From the NCBI RefSeq assembly GCF_013177435.1, contig NZ_CP053627.1, positions 1,320,001 to 1,352,000 of the forward strand: a DNA stretch of 32,000 nt. The letters are read 5' to 3'. The notes under the pieces are model-generated. The model did not search any database, had not been told where the DNA came from, and was given only the letters and a program-made list of their open reading frames with translations. This DNA comes from Xylella taiwanensis. GTDB lineage: Bacteria; Pseudomonadota; Gammaproteobacteria; Xanthomonadales; Xanthomonadaceae. A program made the translations under genes and the position numbers. Below, piece by piece: positions 22,010-32,000 of the stretch. The first letter of the stretch is position 1, and the number at the start of each line of letters is the position of its first letter.

Positions 22010-25000
22010 CGTCTCTTCCTCCCGCCTCGGGCTCGCTGGCCGTCTCGCCGCGACCTTCCAACACAACCCGTTGACCCCGGTGCTTGCGCTGCTGGGCCTG
22101 TTACTCGGTTTGGTCGCAGTCATGATCACGCCGCGTGAGGAAGAGCCTCAGATAGATGTGACCATGGCCAACGTGAGCGTTACTTTTCCAGGTGCTGATG
22201 CACACCAGGTCGAGCAGTTGGTGGTTACGCCTTTGGAACAGCGTCTGTCGGAGATTGAGGGACTCAAGCACGTCTACTCCACCAGTCGCCCTGGACTCGC
22301 AATCGTCACCGTTGAATTCAAAGTCGGTGTGCCGCGTCAGGTTGCTTTGGTACGTCTGTATAACCAGGTTTGGTCTAATGCCGATTTATGGCCTCGTGAT
22401 CTCGGTGTCGGCCAGCCGGTGGTCAAACCCAAGGGCATCGACGACGTGCCGGTGATGGCACTGACACTATGGAGTGACGATGCGCAGCGTGGTGCACTCG
22501 AACTTGGGCATATCGCACACACGCTGGAGAGTGAGCTCAAACGTATCCCTGGCACTCGCGGCATCGACACGATCGGAACGCCGGATCGCGCCGTGCGCAT
22601 CACTCTAGATCCGGCGCGGATGGCGAGCTATGGCTTGGCGTTGGACGATCTTACGGGTGCTTTGCGGGCAGCCAATGAGGTCCATCTGGCCGGTGAGCGA
22701 CTTGGCATTCAAGGGGTGGTTCCTGTCACCGCGGGCCAGTTTCTGGCCGATCGCAATGCAGTCGCTGCCTTAGTCCTTGGTCTGCAGGAGGGTAAGCCGG
22801 TACGTGTGGTTGATGTGGCGACTGTCGATGATGCTGCTGATTTGCCGTTGCGCTACGTCTGGCATGGTGCTCCACCCGGTCGTGCCGGCCCAGTGGGTGG
22901 TCCTGCGCCGGCCGTCACTTTGGCGATCGCCAAACAACCGGGCAGTAACGCCGCTGATATCACCGCCGCGGTGCGTCAACGTGTGGAAGCGTTGCGTGGC
23001 GAGCTTATCCCAGAGGGGGTACATGTCAGTGTTACTCGGGATTACGGTATCACGGCGACCGACAAGGCAGAGAAGCTGATCCACAAGTTGGTTTTCGCTA
23101 CTTGTTCGGTGGTGCTTCTGGTCTTGTTCGCACTGGGGTGGCGCGAGGCGCTTGTGGTGGGTGCTGCCGTGGTTTTGACATTGGCGCTTACCTTATTTGC
23201 CTCTTGGGCGATGGGCTTCACTCTGAATCGTGTCTCGCTGTTTGCGTTGATCTTCTCGATTGGTATCTTGGTTGATGACGCTATCGTTGTTGTTGAAAAC
23301 ATCCACCGCCATATGGTTCAAGGCGTCAGGACGTTGCGCGAGGCCATTCCATTGGCGGTAGATGAGGTGGGTGGTCCAACTATCTTGGCGACGTTCACGG
23401 TGATTGCCGCGTTGCTACCGATGGCGTTCGTTTCTGGGTTGATGGGCCCATATATGCGTCCGATCCCGATCAACGCCTCGGCAGGCATGCTGTTGTCACT
23501 GGCGGTTGCGTTGGTGGTGACACCGTGGTTGTCATTGAAGCTGTTATCGCGTCACATGCCGGCGGTGCCTACCAGCAGCGGCCATGATCCCGCATTGGGT
23601 CGTATGGCCGCACGGCTGCGCCAAGTGTTTGCATGGGTCATGATGCCGTTCCTTGATCTACAGCGTGGAGCACGCCGGCGACGTGGGCTGTTTGCTGTGA
23701 TTGGTGTGCTCGTGGTGCTTGCCGGTGCCTTGGCCGTGATCGAGGTTGTGGTACTGAAGATGCTGCCGTTCGACAATAAGTCTGAGTTGCAGGTTGTTGT
23801 TGACCTTCCCGAGGGCACGCCGCTGGAGAGGACCAATGCGCTGCTACAGGATCTGGCTGCAGAGATCGACAAAGTACCGGAGGTGCTCGATTACCAGGGC
23901 TATGCGGGTACCTCCGCGCCGATCAACTTTAACGGTCTAGTACGGCAGTACTTCCTTCGTAGCGGTACGAATGTCGGCGACTTGCAGATCAATCTGGTTG
24001 ACAAGCATCTCCGTGCGCGCCAGAGCCACGTGATTGCACGTGGGCTGCGTCCCGTGTTGACCGGGATTGGTGCCCGCTATAACGCTTCGGTGAAGCTGGT
24101 CGAGGTACCGCCGGGCCCGCCGGTGATGGCACCGATTGTCGCTGAGTTGTACGGTCCGGACGATACTGTCGGGCGCCAGCTTGGCCGTGCGTTGGAGCGA
24201 ACTTTTGTCAAAACAGCTGACATCGTTGATATCGATACTAGCGTCGAGGCCGATGCGCCACGCGAGGTGTTGGTGATCGACCGGGTGCGTGCTGCACGTT
24301 TGGGGGTGTCACAGTCGCACATTGCCCAAGCCATCGCCACTGCCATTGGTGGTAGCGACGTCAGCAATCTGCTTGATCAGGGCAGTAAATATCCTCGGCC
24401 GATTCGTTTACGTTTACCCAGTGCTGATCAGGCCAGCCTGCAACGCTTGCTTGCTCTGCGTGTGCGCGGTAGCGACAGCCGCTTGGTACCGTTGTCGGAG
24501 CTGGTTGAAGTACAGCACCGTAATTGGGATGGAGCGATTCAACACAAGGACCTGTTGCCGGTGGTTTATGTCATCGGTGATGCATCTGGGCGGCTGGATA
24601 GTCCGCTGTATGGCATGTTTGATTTGGTGGGCCAATTGCGGCGGGATAGTGTTGCTGGCGTCCAGTTGCAACAGCACTTTTTTACTCAGCCAAGCGACGT
24701 GAGTGCTTTCAGTGTCAAGTGGGATGGTGAATGGCAAATCACCTATGAGACTTTTCGTGACATGGGCATTGCCTATGCTGCCGGCTTGGTGCTGATCTAT
24801 CTGCTGGTCGTTGCTCAGTTTCGCAGTTATGCGGTACCGCTGGTGATCATGGCGCCGATCCCACTGACTGTGATCGGGGTGATGCCTGGCCATGCTCTGC
24901 TTGGCGCGCAGTTCACCGCCACATCCATGATCGGCATGATCGCTCTGGCCGGGATTATTGTGCGCAATTCGATTCTGCTGGTGGATTTCATTAACCATCT

Positions 25001-25265
25001 TGTCGAACGTGGCCAGCGCTTGGAGAGTGCGGTGATTGATGCATGTGCAGTACGTGCCCAGCCCATTGTGCTGACTGCGTTGGCGGCAATGGGTGGAGCC
25101 TTCTTCATTATCGATGATCCTATCTTCAACGGCCTGGCGATCGCGCTGATTTTTGGCATTATGGTCAGCACCGTGCTCACGTTGGTGGTGATTCCATTGT
25201 TGTACTACGGTTTGCTTACACGCCGTCAACGGGACGCCACAAGCATCCCGCTTCCGAGCCCGTGA
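22002..25265 (+). CDS. RND-family efflux transporter permease (AcrB/CzcA superfamily)
   Basis: About 1087 aa from ATG 22002. It has 12-TM topology with two large periplasmic loops. Typical motifs include 'LFALIFSIGILVDDAIVVVENI' and 'GMIALAGIIVRNSILLVDF'. Confidence 0.9.
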   Translation: MSDVSSSRLGLAGRLAATFQHNPLTPVLALLGLLLGLVAVMITPREEEPQIDVTMANVSVTFPGADAHQVEQLVVTPLEQRLSEIEGLKHVYSTSRPGLAIVTVEFKVGVPRQVALVRLYNQVWSNADLWPRDLGVGQPVVKPKGIDDVPVMALTLWSDDAQRGALELGHIAHTLESELKRIPGTRGIDTIGTPDRAVRITLDPARMASYGLALDDLTGALRAANEVHLAGERLGIQGVVPVTAGQFLADRNAVAALVLGLQEGKPVRVVDVATVDDAADLPLRYVWHGAPPGRAGPVGGPAPAVTLAIAKQPGSNAADITAAVRQRVEALRGELIPEGVHVSVTRDYGITATDKAEKLIHKLVFATCSVVLLVLFALGWREALVVGAAVVLTLALTLFASWAMGFTLNRVSLFALIFSIGILVDDAIVVVENIHRHMVQGVRTLREAIPLAVDEVGGPTILATFTVIAALLPMAFVSGLMGPYMRPIPINASAGMLLSLAVALVVTPWLSLKLLSRHMPAVPTSSGHDPALGRMAARLRQVFAWVMMPFLDLQRGARRRRGLFAVIGVLVVLAGALAVIEVVVLKMLPFDNKSELQVVVDLPEGTPLERTNALLQDLAAEIDKVPEVLDYQGYAGTSAPINFNGLVRQYFLRSGTNVGDLQINLVDKHLRARQSHVIARGLRPVLTGIGARYNASVKLVEVPPGPPVMAPIVAELYGPDDTVGRQLGRALERTFVKTADIVDIDTSVEADAPREVLVIDRVRAARLGVSQSHIAQAIATAIGGSDVSNLLDQGSKYPRPIRLRLPSADQASLQRLLALRVRGSDSRLVPLSELVEVQHRNWDGAIQHKDLLPVVYVIGDASGRLDSPLYGMFDLVGQLRRDSVAGVQLQQHFFTQPSDVSAFSVKWDGEWQITYETFRDMGIAYAAGLVLIYLLVVAQFRSYAVPLVIMAPIPLTVIGVMPGHALLGAQFTATSMIGMIALAGIIVRNSILLVDFINHLVERGQRLESAVIDACAVRAQPIVLTALAAMGGAFFIIDDPIFNGLAIALIFGIMVSTVLTLVVIPLLYYGLLTRRQRDATSIPLPSP

Positions 25266-25545
25266 TGAATGCTACCTCTGGCACCGTGTTGTGTTGAATT
25301 GTGTGTTTACCTTAATACGTTAAGGTTGATGTACATGGATAAAGCGTTGGACTTGGTACACCTAAGTTTTTAGCGACCGGTTTATTTGCTGTCGGTCATT
25401 TTGGATTTATGGCTGAACTTGTGATCGCATTGCCGAACGACTTCCAACGACGCACGACGAATGGTGTTAGGTTATCGGTTATATGCCAAAGGTCATTTGG
25501 TGATCTGTTTTACGTGACTTAATGTTTCAACTAGAAAAAGCGAAA

Positions 25546-26715
25546 TTATTTTAGGGTCGGATTACGTAGACGCAACGCGTTTGCATAGCACTCCTGTGCA
25601 TGGGTCACGTTACCCTGGGCGGCGTAGTTGTGGCCGAGTTCCTCCCAGGCTTCTGTACCAGCTCCTTTGTCAACGGCACAACGCAAAAAACCCTCGGCCT
25701 GGGTGTGTTGTTGCTGCTGACGTGCCAATCGTGCCAAGGTCAGCAGCAAGTTGGGGCTATCGGGGTGTAGCGTTAGCCAGTGTTCGGCACTGGTTTGGCG
25801 TGAGTTGTATTTTTCCAAGGGTAACAAACCATATAGGCGTATCAGGTTTTCGTCCCAAGATCTGTCCAAGGCTTGTTCCAGGCTCTGCATTGCTGCATCT
25901 TCCAAGTGCAGTGCCGTTGCTCGGGTAGCATATGTGCCGACGATATTTGGGTGTGTTTTTAGCGTCTGAGGCAACGCTTCCCACTGTTCAGCCAGAACAT
26001 GAGCATCCTCAGCTTGATTTAGTAGATGCTCGATAACCTCATTTTCGAGGGCGACATAGTGAGGTTTTGACAGCACTCTTTGTTCCCTTAACGTGCTGAG
26101 GTGGTCATAGGCTTCGTCAGCACGTCCGATCTGTACCAGTGCGCGGGTGCGTATCAGCAAGCTTCGTGGGGGTAAGGGGTGTGCTTCTGGGGCGTCCAAG
26201 GCATTAATCGCATCATGAGGGCGCTGTTGTGCCAGCAATCGCTCACTTTGCAGTAGTGCATGTGTAATCGGATCGTGCTTGGCGAGTTTTTGTGTCAATT
26301 CGGTGGCTGTATCCAGATCACCACGCATATCAGCCATGCGGATTGCTGCTGTGAGTGCAATTGCACTGACTTGCGTATCTTCGCTGGCGGCTATCAGTAA
26401 CCGCTCGGCGAGTTGCCAATACCCATGATCGGCATTGCGTAGGCCCTCGATTAAGTGTGCATACCCTTGCTTGTATTGGTAGCGCTCCCAAATCCGGAAC
26501 GGTAGTGCGATCAGTGACCGCAGCGACCACAGCAGCAATAGTGTCAGCAGTAGCAGGATGACGGCTTGTGGCACTGTCGTGATGTAGTCATTGCCTCCGA
26601 GCCGCATCACGACATCACCCAAGTCGCGGCTGGGCTGCTGCGATAGCCATTGTGCGCTGAATATGCCCAGGATTAAGAGGAAGAACAGCAGGGTGAGGTT
26701 ACGCAAGATATTCAT
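25546..26715 (-). CDS. hemY: HemY-like TPR membrane protein
   Basis: The start at ATG 26713-26715 (MNILRNLTLLFFLLILGIF...) overlaps the hemX stop (ATGA). Two N-terminal TM segments are followed by TPR-like repeats. It is the last gene of the hemD-hemX-hemY order. Confidence 0.75.
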   Translation of the reverse strand: MNILRNLTLLFFLLILGIFSAQWLSQQPSRDLGDVVMRLGGNDYITTVPQAVILLLLTLLLLWSLRSLIALPFRIWERYQYKQGYAHLIEGLRNADHGYWQLAERLLIAASEDTQVSAIALTAAIRMADMRGDLDTATELTQKLAKHDPITHALLQSERLLAQQRPHDAINALDAPEAHPLPPRSLLIRTRALVQIGRADEAYDHLSTLREQRVLSKPHYVALENEVIEHLLNQAEDAHVLAEQWEALPQTLKTHPNIVGTYATRATALHLEDAAMQSLEQALDRSWDENLIRLYGLLPLEKYNSRQTSAEHWLTLHPDSPNLLLTLARLARQQQQHTQAEGFLRCAVDKGAGTEAWEELGHNYAAQGNVTHAQECYANALRLRNPTLK

Positions 26716-27692
26716 TGGTGGTGACTTCCCTGACGCATGCTTTGTAATTGCAGAAGTGTGGTGCCTAGTTCTGAACGTGTGGGACGCAGATCGGCTTTCG
26801 CTAGTAAAGTGAGTTCCGCATGCCGTGCACGCCGCGCCGCCGAATCTGGCCACAATCGTTGCATCAGTGCATCAATCCGATGCAGTGCTGCGACATAGCT
26901 GGTCAGGTCGTTACGTTCGACCGCTGCACGAACCAAGCTCAATTCAATCTGCAATGCGTCTTGTGCACTCTGGCGCTCAGAATCGGCGAGTAATACCGGG
27001 CTATGGGAGGGAGTGATACGCACCAACGGCGACAGTACCTTATGCCACCATGGCTGTATATTGGCGGTACCCGCATTAGGATGTTGGGGCAGTTGCTGTA
27101 AGGCTTTGCCGAAACGTTCTAATGCCGCATTGACCCGCGTTTGCGGGCTTTCGCCCAGAGTGTCTAGTGCGTTGCGTTCTTGAACCAAGGTCTGGCGCAG
27201 GTTGAGGTAGCCGGGATCATCAAGGCCTTCCAAGGTGGAGGCCGCTAGCGCATAAGCGCGGCGTGCTCCGTCCAGGTCGCTAGCAATTGTCAAAAGCTGT
27301 TGGCCCAGGCGCAGTAGGGTTTCGATTTCATCTAGACGTAATGCTTGAGTGCCGTGCCGATTCGGATCGGACAGCCGCGCCACGGTCTGTTCCAACAGGG
27401 CGCTGCGCTGGCTTAAACCGAGTATTTCATCGCGCAACACGCGGTTAGTATCGTCCACGTCGCGCAGACGTTTGTAGGCAAAATCCTGCCCGCTACGCAG
27501 CATTTGCAGTGTCTGGTTCAGGCTTTGCCAGTGTTGCTGTTCTTCCAGTTGTGCTTGTTGCGCAGCATTGGACTGAGCTTGCCAGTATCGCCAGCCATAC
27601 CAACTCATCATCCCAAACCCTGCCAGCGTCAGTAGCAGTATCAGCCAGAGCCAGGGAATACGGCGTAGGGTAGAGGGCGCGGTCTCGTTCAT
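26712..27692 (-). CDS. hemX: HemX-family membrane protein (often annotated uroporphyrinogen-III C-methyltransferase)
   Basis: I prefer the start at ATG 27690-27692 (MNETAPSTLRRIPWLWLILLL...), which is preceded by AAGGAAG. ATG 27743, overlapping the hemD stop, is an alternative. It has a single TM segment and a long Q/L-rich coiled region, and lies between hemD and hemY. Confidence 0.7.
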   Translation of the reverse strand: MNETAPSTLRRIPWLWLILLLTLAGFGMMSWYGWRYWQAQSNAAQQAQLEEQQHWQSLNQTLQMLRSGQDFAYKRLRDVDDTNRVLRDEILGLSQRSALLEQTVARLSDPNRHGTQALRLDEIETLLRLGQQLLTIASDLDGARRAYALAASTLEGLDDPGYLNLRQTLVQERNALDTLGESPQTRVNAALERFGKALQQLPQHPNAGTANIQPWWHKVLSPLVRITPSHSPVLLADSERQSAQDALQIELSLVRAAVERNDLTSYVAALHRIDALMQRLWPDSAARRARHAELTLLAKADLRPTRSELGTTLLQLQSMRQGSHHQ

Positions 27693-27739
27693 TATCGGTG
27701 GCTTCCTTAGGGTACTTTGGCACTGCCGCAAGCTAGATG

Positions 27740-28522
27740 TCATTGTGCTGTTTTATCAGGTCGAAAAGCTGCTGCTGTTGCTGCCAACTGGTGTGCTAAT
27801 GGTCCTGTGGCGCGATAAACGGTGGTGAACCCTTTGGCGCGTGCCAGATCTTCTAGGCGTGTGCTTGCTGCAATCACTGGACGTTGGTATAGGATTGTTC
27901 GCAGCTCCTCGGGCCATTGTGGCAGTAATAGTGCCAACGCTTCGGCGCTGCTTAGTGCAAGCATGCTACGTGTGGCGGTGCGTTGCAGCGCATCCAAGGC
28001 GGCTGTGCGCAGACGCAACGGCTGACGCTCGTAGACGTCAGCACGATGTAACCGTATGCCACGTTCTAACAGCTTCTGCGGCAGTAGACCACGGCCTCCA
28101 GGGGCGGTAATAAGTCCGACTTCGGTTGGGGGCTGCTGCGCAAGTAAGGCGAGTAGCCCCTCACTGTCCATTTGTGTTGGATGTAACACGTGTGCAATGC
28201 CACAGTGTTGTAGCACCCGTGCAGTGCTTGCACCAACGCACAACCACACTTGTCCAGGTGCAGTACGTAGTGGTTGTAGTGCATGTGCTGCACGCACTGC
28301 TTCCGGACTGGTGAAGACAAGTGTTGATGCAGTTAATGCTGAGGCCAATGCGGCGCGTGTTTCTGGACTGTCGCGGTGTTTTAATCGCCACGGGGATAGT
28401 GCGATTAGCCCTCCGCCGTGCCGTGCGACGGCACGGCGGAGGGCGGCATGGTTGTTTGCCGGACGCATCGACAACAAATACCATGAGGCGGAGTCTTGGC
28501 TTGATCGGGTCATGGTGTGCAT
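27740..28522 (-). CDS. hemD: Uroporphyrinogen-III synthase
   Basis: About 260 aa. 'LLSMRPANNHAALRRAVARHGGGLIALSPWRL...LVFTSPEAVRAA...WLCVGASTARVL...MLALSSAEAL' fits the HemD two-domain pattern. The start is uncertain (28522, 28513 or 28558). Confidence 0.75.
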   Translation of the reverse strand: MHTMTRSSQDSASWYLLSMRPANNHAALRRAVARHGGGLIALSPWRLKHRDSPETRAALASALTASTLVFTSPEAVRAAHALQPLRTAPGQVWLCVGASTARVLQHCGIAHVLHPTQMDSEGLLALLAQQPPTEVGLITAPGGRGLLPQKLLERGIRLHRADVYERQPLRLRTAALDALQRTATRSMLALSSAEALALLLPQWPEELRTILYQRPVIAASTRLEDLARAKGFTTVYRATGPLAHQLAATAAAFRPDKTAQ

Positions 28523-28656
28523 TATGGGTCGCCTCTTCGTTGAATGGCGTTTGTCCACGCAGTTCTTATGATGAATTCACGACCGAGTTGGATAAGTGGG
28601 TGCCAGCTTCATGAAGCGCTAATATGTGTCGTGTGGCCTAACTTAATGGAGCGAAG

Positions 28657-29094
28657 ATGGCGTGCACAATTGAAGCTAAATATCCATGGGGATGGTTACT
28701 GCTGGCGATGCTAGCCTTAGTCGACAATGTCATGGCGATGGATCGTTTGCAAATGCGTGCTTGGGAGGCAACTCTAGATGCTTATGTTGCTGCAGTGCGT
28801 TGGAGCAACTTCGAGGACGCTGAGGAGATGCTTGACCCAGCTTACCGTCTTACCCATTCGCTGACTGATTTGGAACACTCGCGCTACGCGCAGGTACAGG
28901 TCTCCAGCTATCGTGAGTTGCGCACCAGTCTGCAGGCCGATGGCATGGTGCTACGTGAGGTGGAGATCGGAGTAGTTGGGCGTAATAGTCAAGCTGAACG
29001 CAAAGTTCGCTGCACTGAACGCTGGCGCTGGGACACGGGGCGTAAACAATGGTGGCTTGTCTCTGGGTTGCCGGACCTGTGGCAGGGCGAGTGA
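28657..29094 (+). CDS. Hypothetical exported protein
   Basis: 145 aa with an N-terminal hydrophobic signal-like segment (WGWLLLAMLALVDNVMA). No family recognised. Confidence 0.5.
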   Translation: MACTIEAKYPWGWLLLAMLALVDNVMAMDRLQMRAWEATLDAYVAAVRWSNFEDAEEMLDPAYRLTHSLTDLEHSRYAQVQVSSYRELRTSLQADGMVLREVEIGVVGRNSQAERKVRCTERWRWDTGRKQWWLVSGLPDLWQGE

Positions 29095-29170
29095 ACCTGG
29101 TTTGGCTTCCCCTGCTTGCTATCGAGTTATGCGACAATCCCTCGTTCACTTCCATTAATCCTGTAGATCC

Positions 29171-29608
29171 GTGAATCTTGAAGAGCTACAGGCCTTCGCG
29201 GCCAGCAATCCGATGCTTTCGCTGGCTTTCGTCGGTCTGACCCTTGCGATTGTGATTACAGAAATTGCCCTTCTGTTCCGCAGTTATACTGCGTTGAAGC
29301 CTGCTGATCTGACTAGATTGATCAATAGCGAGAATGCCTTAGTCTTAGATTTGTCACCTAGTAGCGATTTCGAAAGGGGACATATTGCTGGTAGTCGCAG
29401 TGTGATTGAGAGTAAGTTTGATCCTGAGAGCAAGTTGCTGCTAGGCGCTAAACAATCCCCATTAGTTGTGGTGTGTCGTAATGGGCATATTTCTGCAGCG
29501 GCAGCTAAACGTCTTAAGAAGGCCGGCTTCGAAAAAGTCTATTGGCTTGACGGGGGTATTGCTACTTGGAAAATGGCTGAGATGCCACTGATCAAGGGGC
29601 GTACCTGA
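29171..29608 (+). CDS. Membrane-anchored rhodanese-domain protein (YibN-like)
   Basis: 145 aa with a GTG start and an N-terminal TM segment (MLSLAFVGLTLAIVITEIALLF). The rhodanese domain has an intact active-site loop 'VVVCRNGHISAAAAKRLKKAGF...LDGGIATW'. Its position upstream of secB resembles E. coli yibN. Confidence 0.75.
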   Translation: MNLEELQAFAASNPMLSLAFVGLTLAIVITEIALLFRSYTALKPADLTRLINSENALVLDLSPSSDFERGHIAGSRSVIESKFDPESKLLLGAKQSPLVVVCRNGHISAAAAKRLKKAGFEKVYWLDGGIATWKMAEMPLIKGRT

Positions 29609-29724
29609 ATCCACGGACTTTACTGGGATGGAACTGTCCATCATCAGGTACAGCACTCATGTGATACTCCCAATGTGCTTGCTACTCCCCACATCATTTA
29701 CCCAAACCATTTCTGGAGTTAGAA

Positions 29725-30243
29725 ATGTCCGACGAAATTACCAACGGTGCTACTAAACCGACTGAAGCTATCGCTGGCCCTACTTTTACTATCGAGAAGA
29801 TTTACATCAAGGATGTTTCTTTTGAGGCACCGAATTCGCCGACAGTCTTCAATGAGACTGCCCAACCAGAATTACAGCTCAATCTGAACCAAAGAGTGCA
29901 ACGCCTAAACGAAAACGCCTTCGAACTGGTGTTACATGTGACATTAACTTGTACCGCTGCAGGAAAAACTGCTTATGTGGTTGAAGTACAGCAGGCCGGC
30001 GTGTTTGGCCTATTCGGCTTGGATCAACAGGCGATCGGTGTGTTGCTTGGCACCCAATGTCCGAACATATTGTTCCCTTATGTACGTTCGTTGGTTAGTG
30101 ATCTGATCCAGGTAGGCGGCTTTCCACCATTCTATTTACAGCCGATTAATTTCGACGCCCTATATGCTGAAACCCTACGCCAAAGGGCTCAAAATGAAAA
30201 GGAAGGTTCGCAGGTCACTTCCAAACCAGCTGGTAACGCTTAA
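29725..30243 (+). CDS. secB: Protein-export chaperone SecB
   Basis: 172 aa. '[21 protein letters not shown]......P.L.LNL' and '[37 protein letters not shown]' are highly characteristic SecB motifs. Confidence 0.92.
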   Translation: MSDEITNGATKPTEAIAGPTFTIEKIYIKDVSFEAPNSPTVFNETAQPELQLNLNQRVQRLNENAFELVLHVTLTCTAAGKTAYVVEVQQAGVFGLFGLDQQAIGVLLGTQCPNILFPYVRSLVSDLIQVGGFPPFYLQPINFDALYAETLRQRAQNEKEGSQVTSKPAGNA

Positions 30244-30264
30244 GTTTTGGTGCATGTTGCAAGG

Positions 30265-31314
30265 ATGAGCGATCCGAAGCAGAAAATCGCTGTTCTTGGT
30301 GCCGGCTCTTGGGGAACTGCTCTTGCGGCATTAGTTGCTCGGCATACCTATCCGACCATATTGTGGGGCCGCGATGCGCAAGTTATACAGAGCATCGACA
30401 TTAACCACCAAAACTTCCGTTACTTACCTGGGATTGTGCTTCCTCAGACGCTGCGTGCCACTACCGACTTGGCTGCAGCGATCTCAGGGGCTGACTGGAT
30501 TTTGGTCGCAGTACCCTCTTATGCATTCACTGAAACTTTGTGGCGACTGGTTCCATTGCTCTCAATCGGTGTTGGTGTTGCTTGGGCAACCAAAGGTTTC
30601 GAACCAGGATCTGGTCGTTTCCTGCACGAGGTGGCTCGCGAAATCCTTGGGCCGGATGTACCGTTAGCAGTAGTCACGGGCCCGTCCTTTGCTAAAGAAG
30701 TTACCCAGGGTCTACCTACAGCGGTTACCGTACATGGTGAAGATACACGTTTTACCCAGATTGTGGCCAATACGATGCATGGTCCGATGTTCCGTGCCTA
30801 TACCGGCAACGACGTGATTGGTGCTGAGCTTGGTGGGGCAATGAAGAATGTGCTGGCAGTAGCTACTGGCGTGGCTGACGGCATGCGGTTAGGCATGAAC
30901 GCGCGTGCTGGCCTAATTACTCGTGGACTCAATGAGATGCTACGTTTGTCTGCGGCCATAGGTGCTCGACCGGAAACGCTCATGGGTTTGGCTGGTCTTG
31001 GCGATCTAGTACTGACTTGTACTGGTGACTTATCGCGTAACCGTCGCCTAGGCTTCGCTTTGGGGCGTGGACAAAGTCTGTCAGATGCGATACGTGAGAT
31101 TGGTCAAGTTGTTGAGTCTGTGCAGACCTCCGATGAGGTAATGCGCCAAGCTGAGCAGTATGGTATCGAATTGCCGATTTCCGAAGCGGTACGTGCTGTT
31201 CTACGTGAAGAAATAACCCCAGATGCTGGAATGAAAGCCCTGCTCGCACGCGAGCAGAAGCCAGAATACCTTGATATTCTGTTTAATATCCGAGATAGGC
31301 CGCCCCGTCTTTAA
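30265..31314 (+). CDS. gpsA: NAD(P)H-dependent glycerol-3-phosphate dehydrogenase
   Basis: The start is ATG 30265 ([21 protein letters not shown]). It carries 'GPSFAKEV', '[14 protein letters not shown]' and '[20 protein letters not shown]'. It lies downstream of secB, as in many gamma-proteobacteria. Confidence 0.92.
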   Translation: MSDPKQKIAVLGAGSWGTALAALVARHTYPTILWGRDAQVIQSIDINHQNFRYLPGIVLPQTLRATTDLAAAISGADWILVAVPSYAFTETLWRLVPLLSIGVGVAWATKGFEPGSGRFLHEVAREILGPDVPLAVVTGPSFAKEVTQGLPTAVTVHGEDTRFTQIVANTMHGPMFRAYTGNDVIGAELGGAMKNVLAVATGVADGMRLGMNARAGLITRGLNEMLRLSAAIGARPETLMGLAGLGDLVLTCTGDLSRNRRLGFALGRGQSLSDAIREIGQVVESVQTSDEVMRQAEQYGIELPISEAVRAVLREEITPDAGMKALLAREQKPEYLDILFNIRDRPPRL

Positions 31315-31371
31315 GCTGCGATCAATGTCTCCACCGCCCATGGGGAAGGCATATATCGACTTTGCCTAAAT

Positions 31372-31400
31372 AAAAAAAGAAGCCCGATCCTTGGATCGGG
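31372..31400 (-). terminator. Rho-independent terminator of the convergent OMP gene
   Basis: On the minus strand, CCCGATCC-aa-GGATCGGG (31383-31400) is followed by CTTCTTTTTTTA. It lies 65 bp downstream of the stop at 31465. On the plus strand there is an A-run before the stem but no U-tract after it. Confidence 0.7.
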
Positions 31401-31464
31401 GCCTCTTCCTCAAAATGTGGCACGAGATAAAAACGTGCTTGTTGGTCAAGGGTCAGGATACTGT

Positions 31465-32000
31465 TTACCAGCTGAAACGTGGCCCGACTGACCATTCTTT
31501 GGCGCCTCCCTTGCCTAGTTTCATCTGGCCGTCCAGGGACCAATGTTGGTCGAACTTTGCTTGGCCACCAAGGAGACCATAGAACTGGCTGTCTGGTCTG
31601 ATTCCATTCTTTTTAAAGTATTTCTCATAGCCAGTTAAACCATATACTACTACATGATCACCAAATGCAGTGTTCAAACCAACTTCAGGATTAATACCGT
31701 TAAAATTGGGGTTTGAGCTGTTTTGATTAAGCCTTTTGTACGCTATGCGTGCTATAAGATCGGTGTGGTCAGCGATGGAATAATTATATCCCAAACCAAA
31801 CCGCCACTGTTGTTGCTTCAAATCGCTGCTACGGAACTTCTGCTTAGTGTAGTCACCGAACACACTCCAATTCGGATGAAAGGCAAAGGAGCCTTTTAAG
31901 GCCCAACCCTTGGCGTTTTCATCAGCTTTCGTCCTTACGTAGTCACCCTCGACGTAGTTATAAGACAAACCTTGAGCAGCCGAAGCAACGAAGGGAATAG
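31465..32000 (-). CDS. Outer-membrane beta-barrel protein (Ax21/OmpW-like), 5' end outside the window
   Basis: The reading frame stays open to position 32000 (…IPFVASAAQG|LSYNYVEGDYV…), which includes the end of a signal peptide. It has alternating aromatic/hydrophilic beta-strand periodicity and a C-terminal 'WSVGPRFSW' aromatic terminus. 'LSYNYVEGDYVR' recalls Xanthomonas Ax21-family proteins. Confidence 0.7.
   Translation of the reverse strand, partial: IPFVASAAQGLSYNYVEGDYVRTKADENAKGWALKGSFAFHPNWSVFGDYTKQKFRSSDLKQQQWRFGLGYNYSIADHTDLIARIAYKRLNQNSSNPNFNGINPEVGLNTAFGDHVVVYGLTGYEKYFKKNGIRPDSQFYGLLGGQAKFDQHWSLDGQMKLGKGGAKEWSVGPRFSW

Noticed and set aside
24414-25229. A 271-aa minus-strand ORF, and other antisense ORFs, inside the RND gene and the Zot gene (6712-7176)
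   Set aside because: They are antisense to strongly supported genes, have His/Gln/Arg-rich low-complexity composition and match no recognisable family.
25266-25545. Terminator or small-RNA candidates in the RND-hemY spacer (ACCTTAA-tacg-TTAAGGT at 25310-25327; GACCG...CGGTC-ATTTT near 25377-25403)
   Set aside because: The stems are short, the loops are long or the U-tracts are weak. The evidence is too weak to report as features.

Overview
The sequence looks like a gamma-proteobacterial chromosome, probably Xanthomonadaceae. That assignment is inferred from gene content and composition, not from a search. The window splits into two parts.

**Accessory block, about 1-19.4 kb.** It is a stack of mobile and decayed elements, in this order:
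- An AbrB/PIN (VapBC-like) toxin-antitoxin (TA) pair.
- A 49-nt 3' fragment of a tRNA-Lys(UUU)-like gene, likely an att scar.
- An integrated filamentous (Inovirus-type) prophage. It carries a repressor, RCR Rep, ssDNA-binding protein, coat proteins, a pIII-like adsorption protein, a pVI-like protein and a Zot/pI ATPase. It has no secretin. A ParE/RHH TA pair and a tyrosine integrase sit at its right end.
- A visibly GC-richer remnant of a tailed phage. It keeps only a truncated integrase, SAR-type lysozyme, holin, DUF2190 protein, ClpP-protease/major-capsid fusion, lambda-type portal and gpW. No terminase or tail genes are present.
- A HigB/HigA-like TA pair, an orphan RHH antitoxin and a second AbrB/PIN pair.
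- About 1.6 kb of decayed DNA with a frame-shifted DDE-transposase remnant.

**Core block, about 19.4-32 kb.** It contains:
- An ArsR (BigR/SqrR-like) regulator with a Cys-less rhodanese-like protein.
- A truncated sulfide:quinone-oxidoreductase-like fragment.
- An MFP + RND efflux pair.
- hemY, hemX and hemD.
- A secreted hypothetical protein.
- YibN-like rhodanese, secB and gpsA.
- The 3' part of an Ax21/OmpW-like beta-barrel gene that runs off the window.

**Most notable observations:**
- The integrase- and TA-bearing inovirus sits between a tRNA fragment and a truncated resident integrase.
- A 78-bp in-frame tandem duplication lies inside the endolysin.
- The tailed-phage module has head and lysis genes only.
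- Five TA loci are present, several with long perfect palindromic operators.
- The sulfide-detoxification locus is decayed.

All functional calls come from motif recognition by eye. No database search was run.
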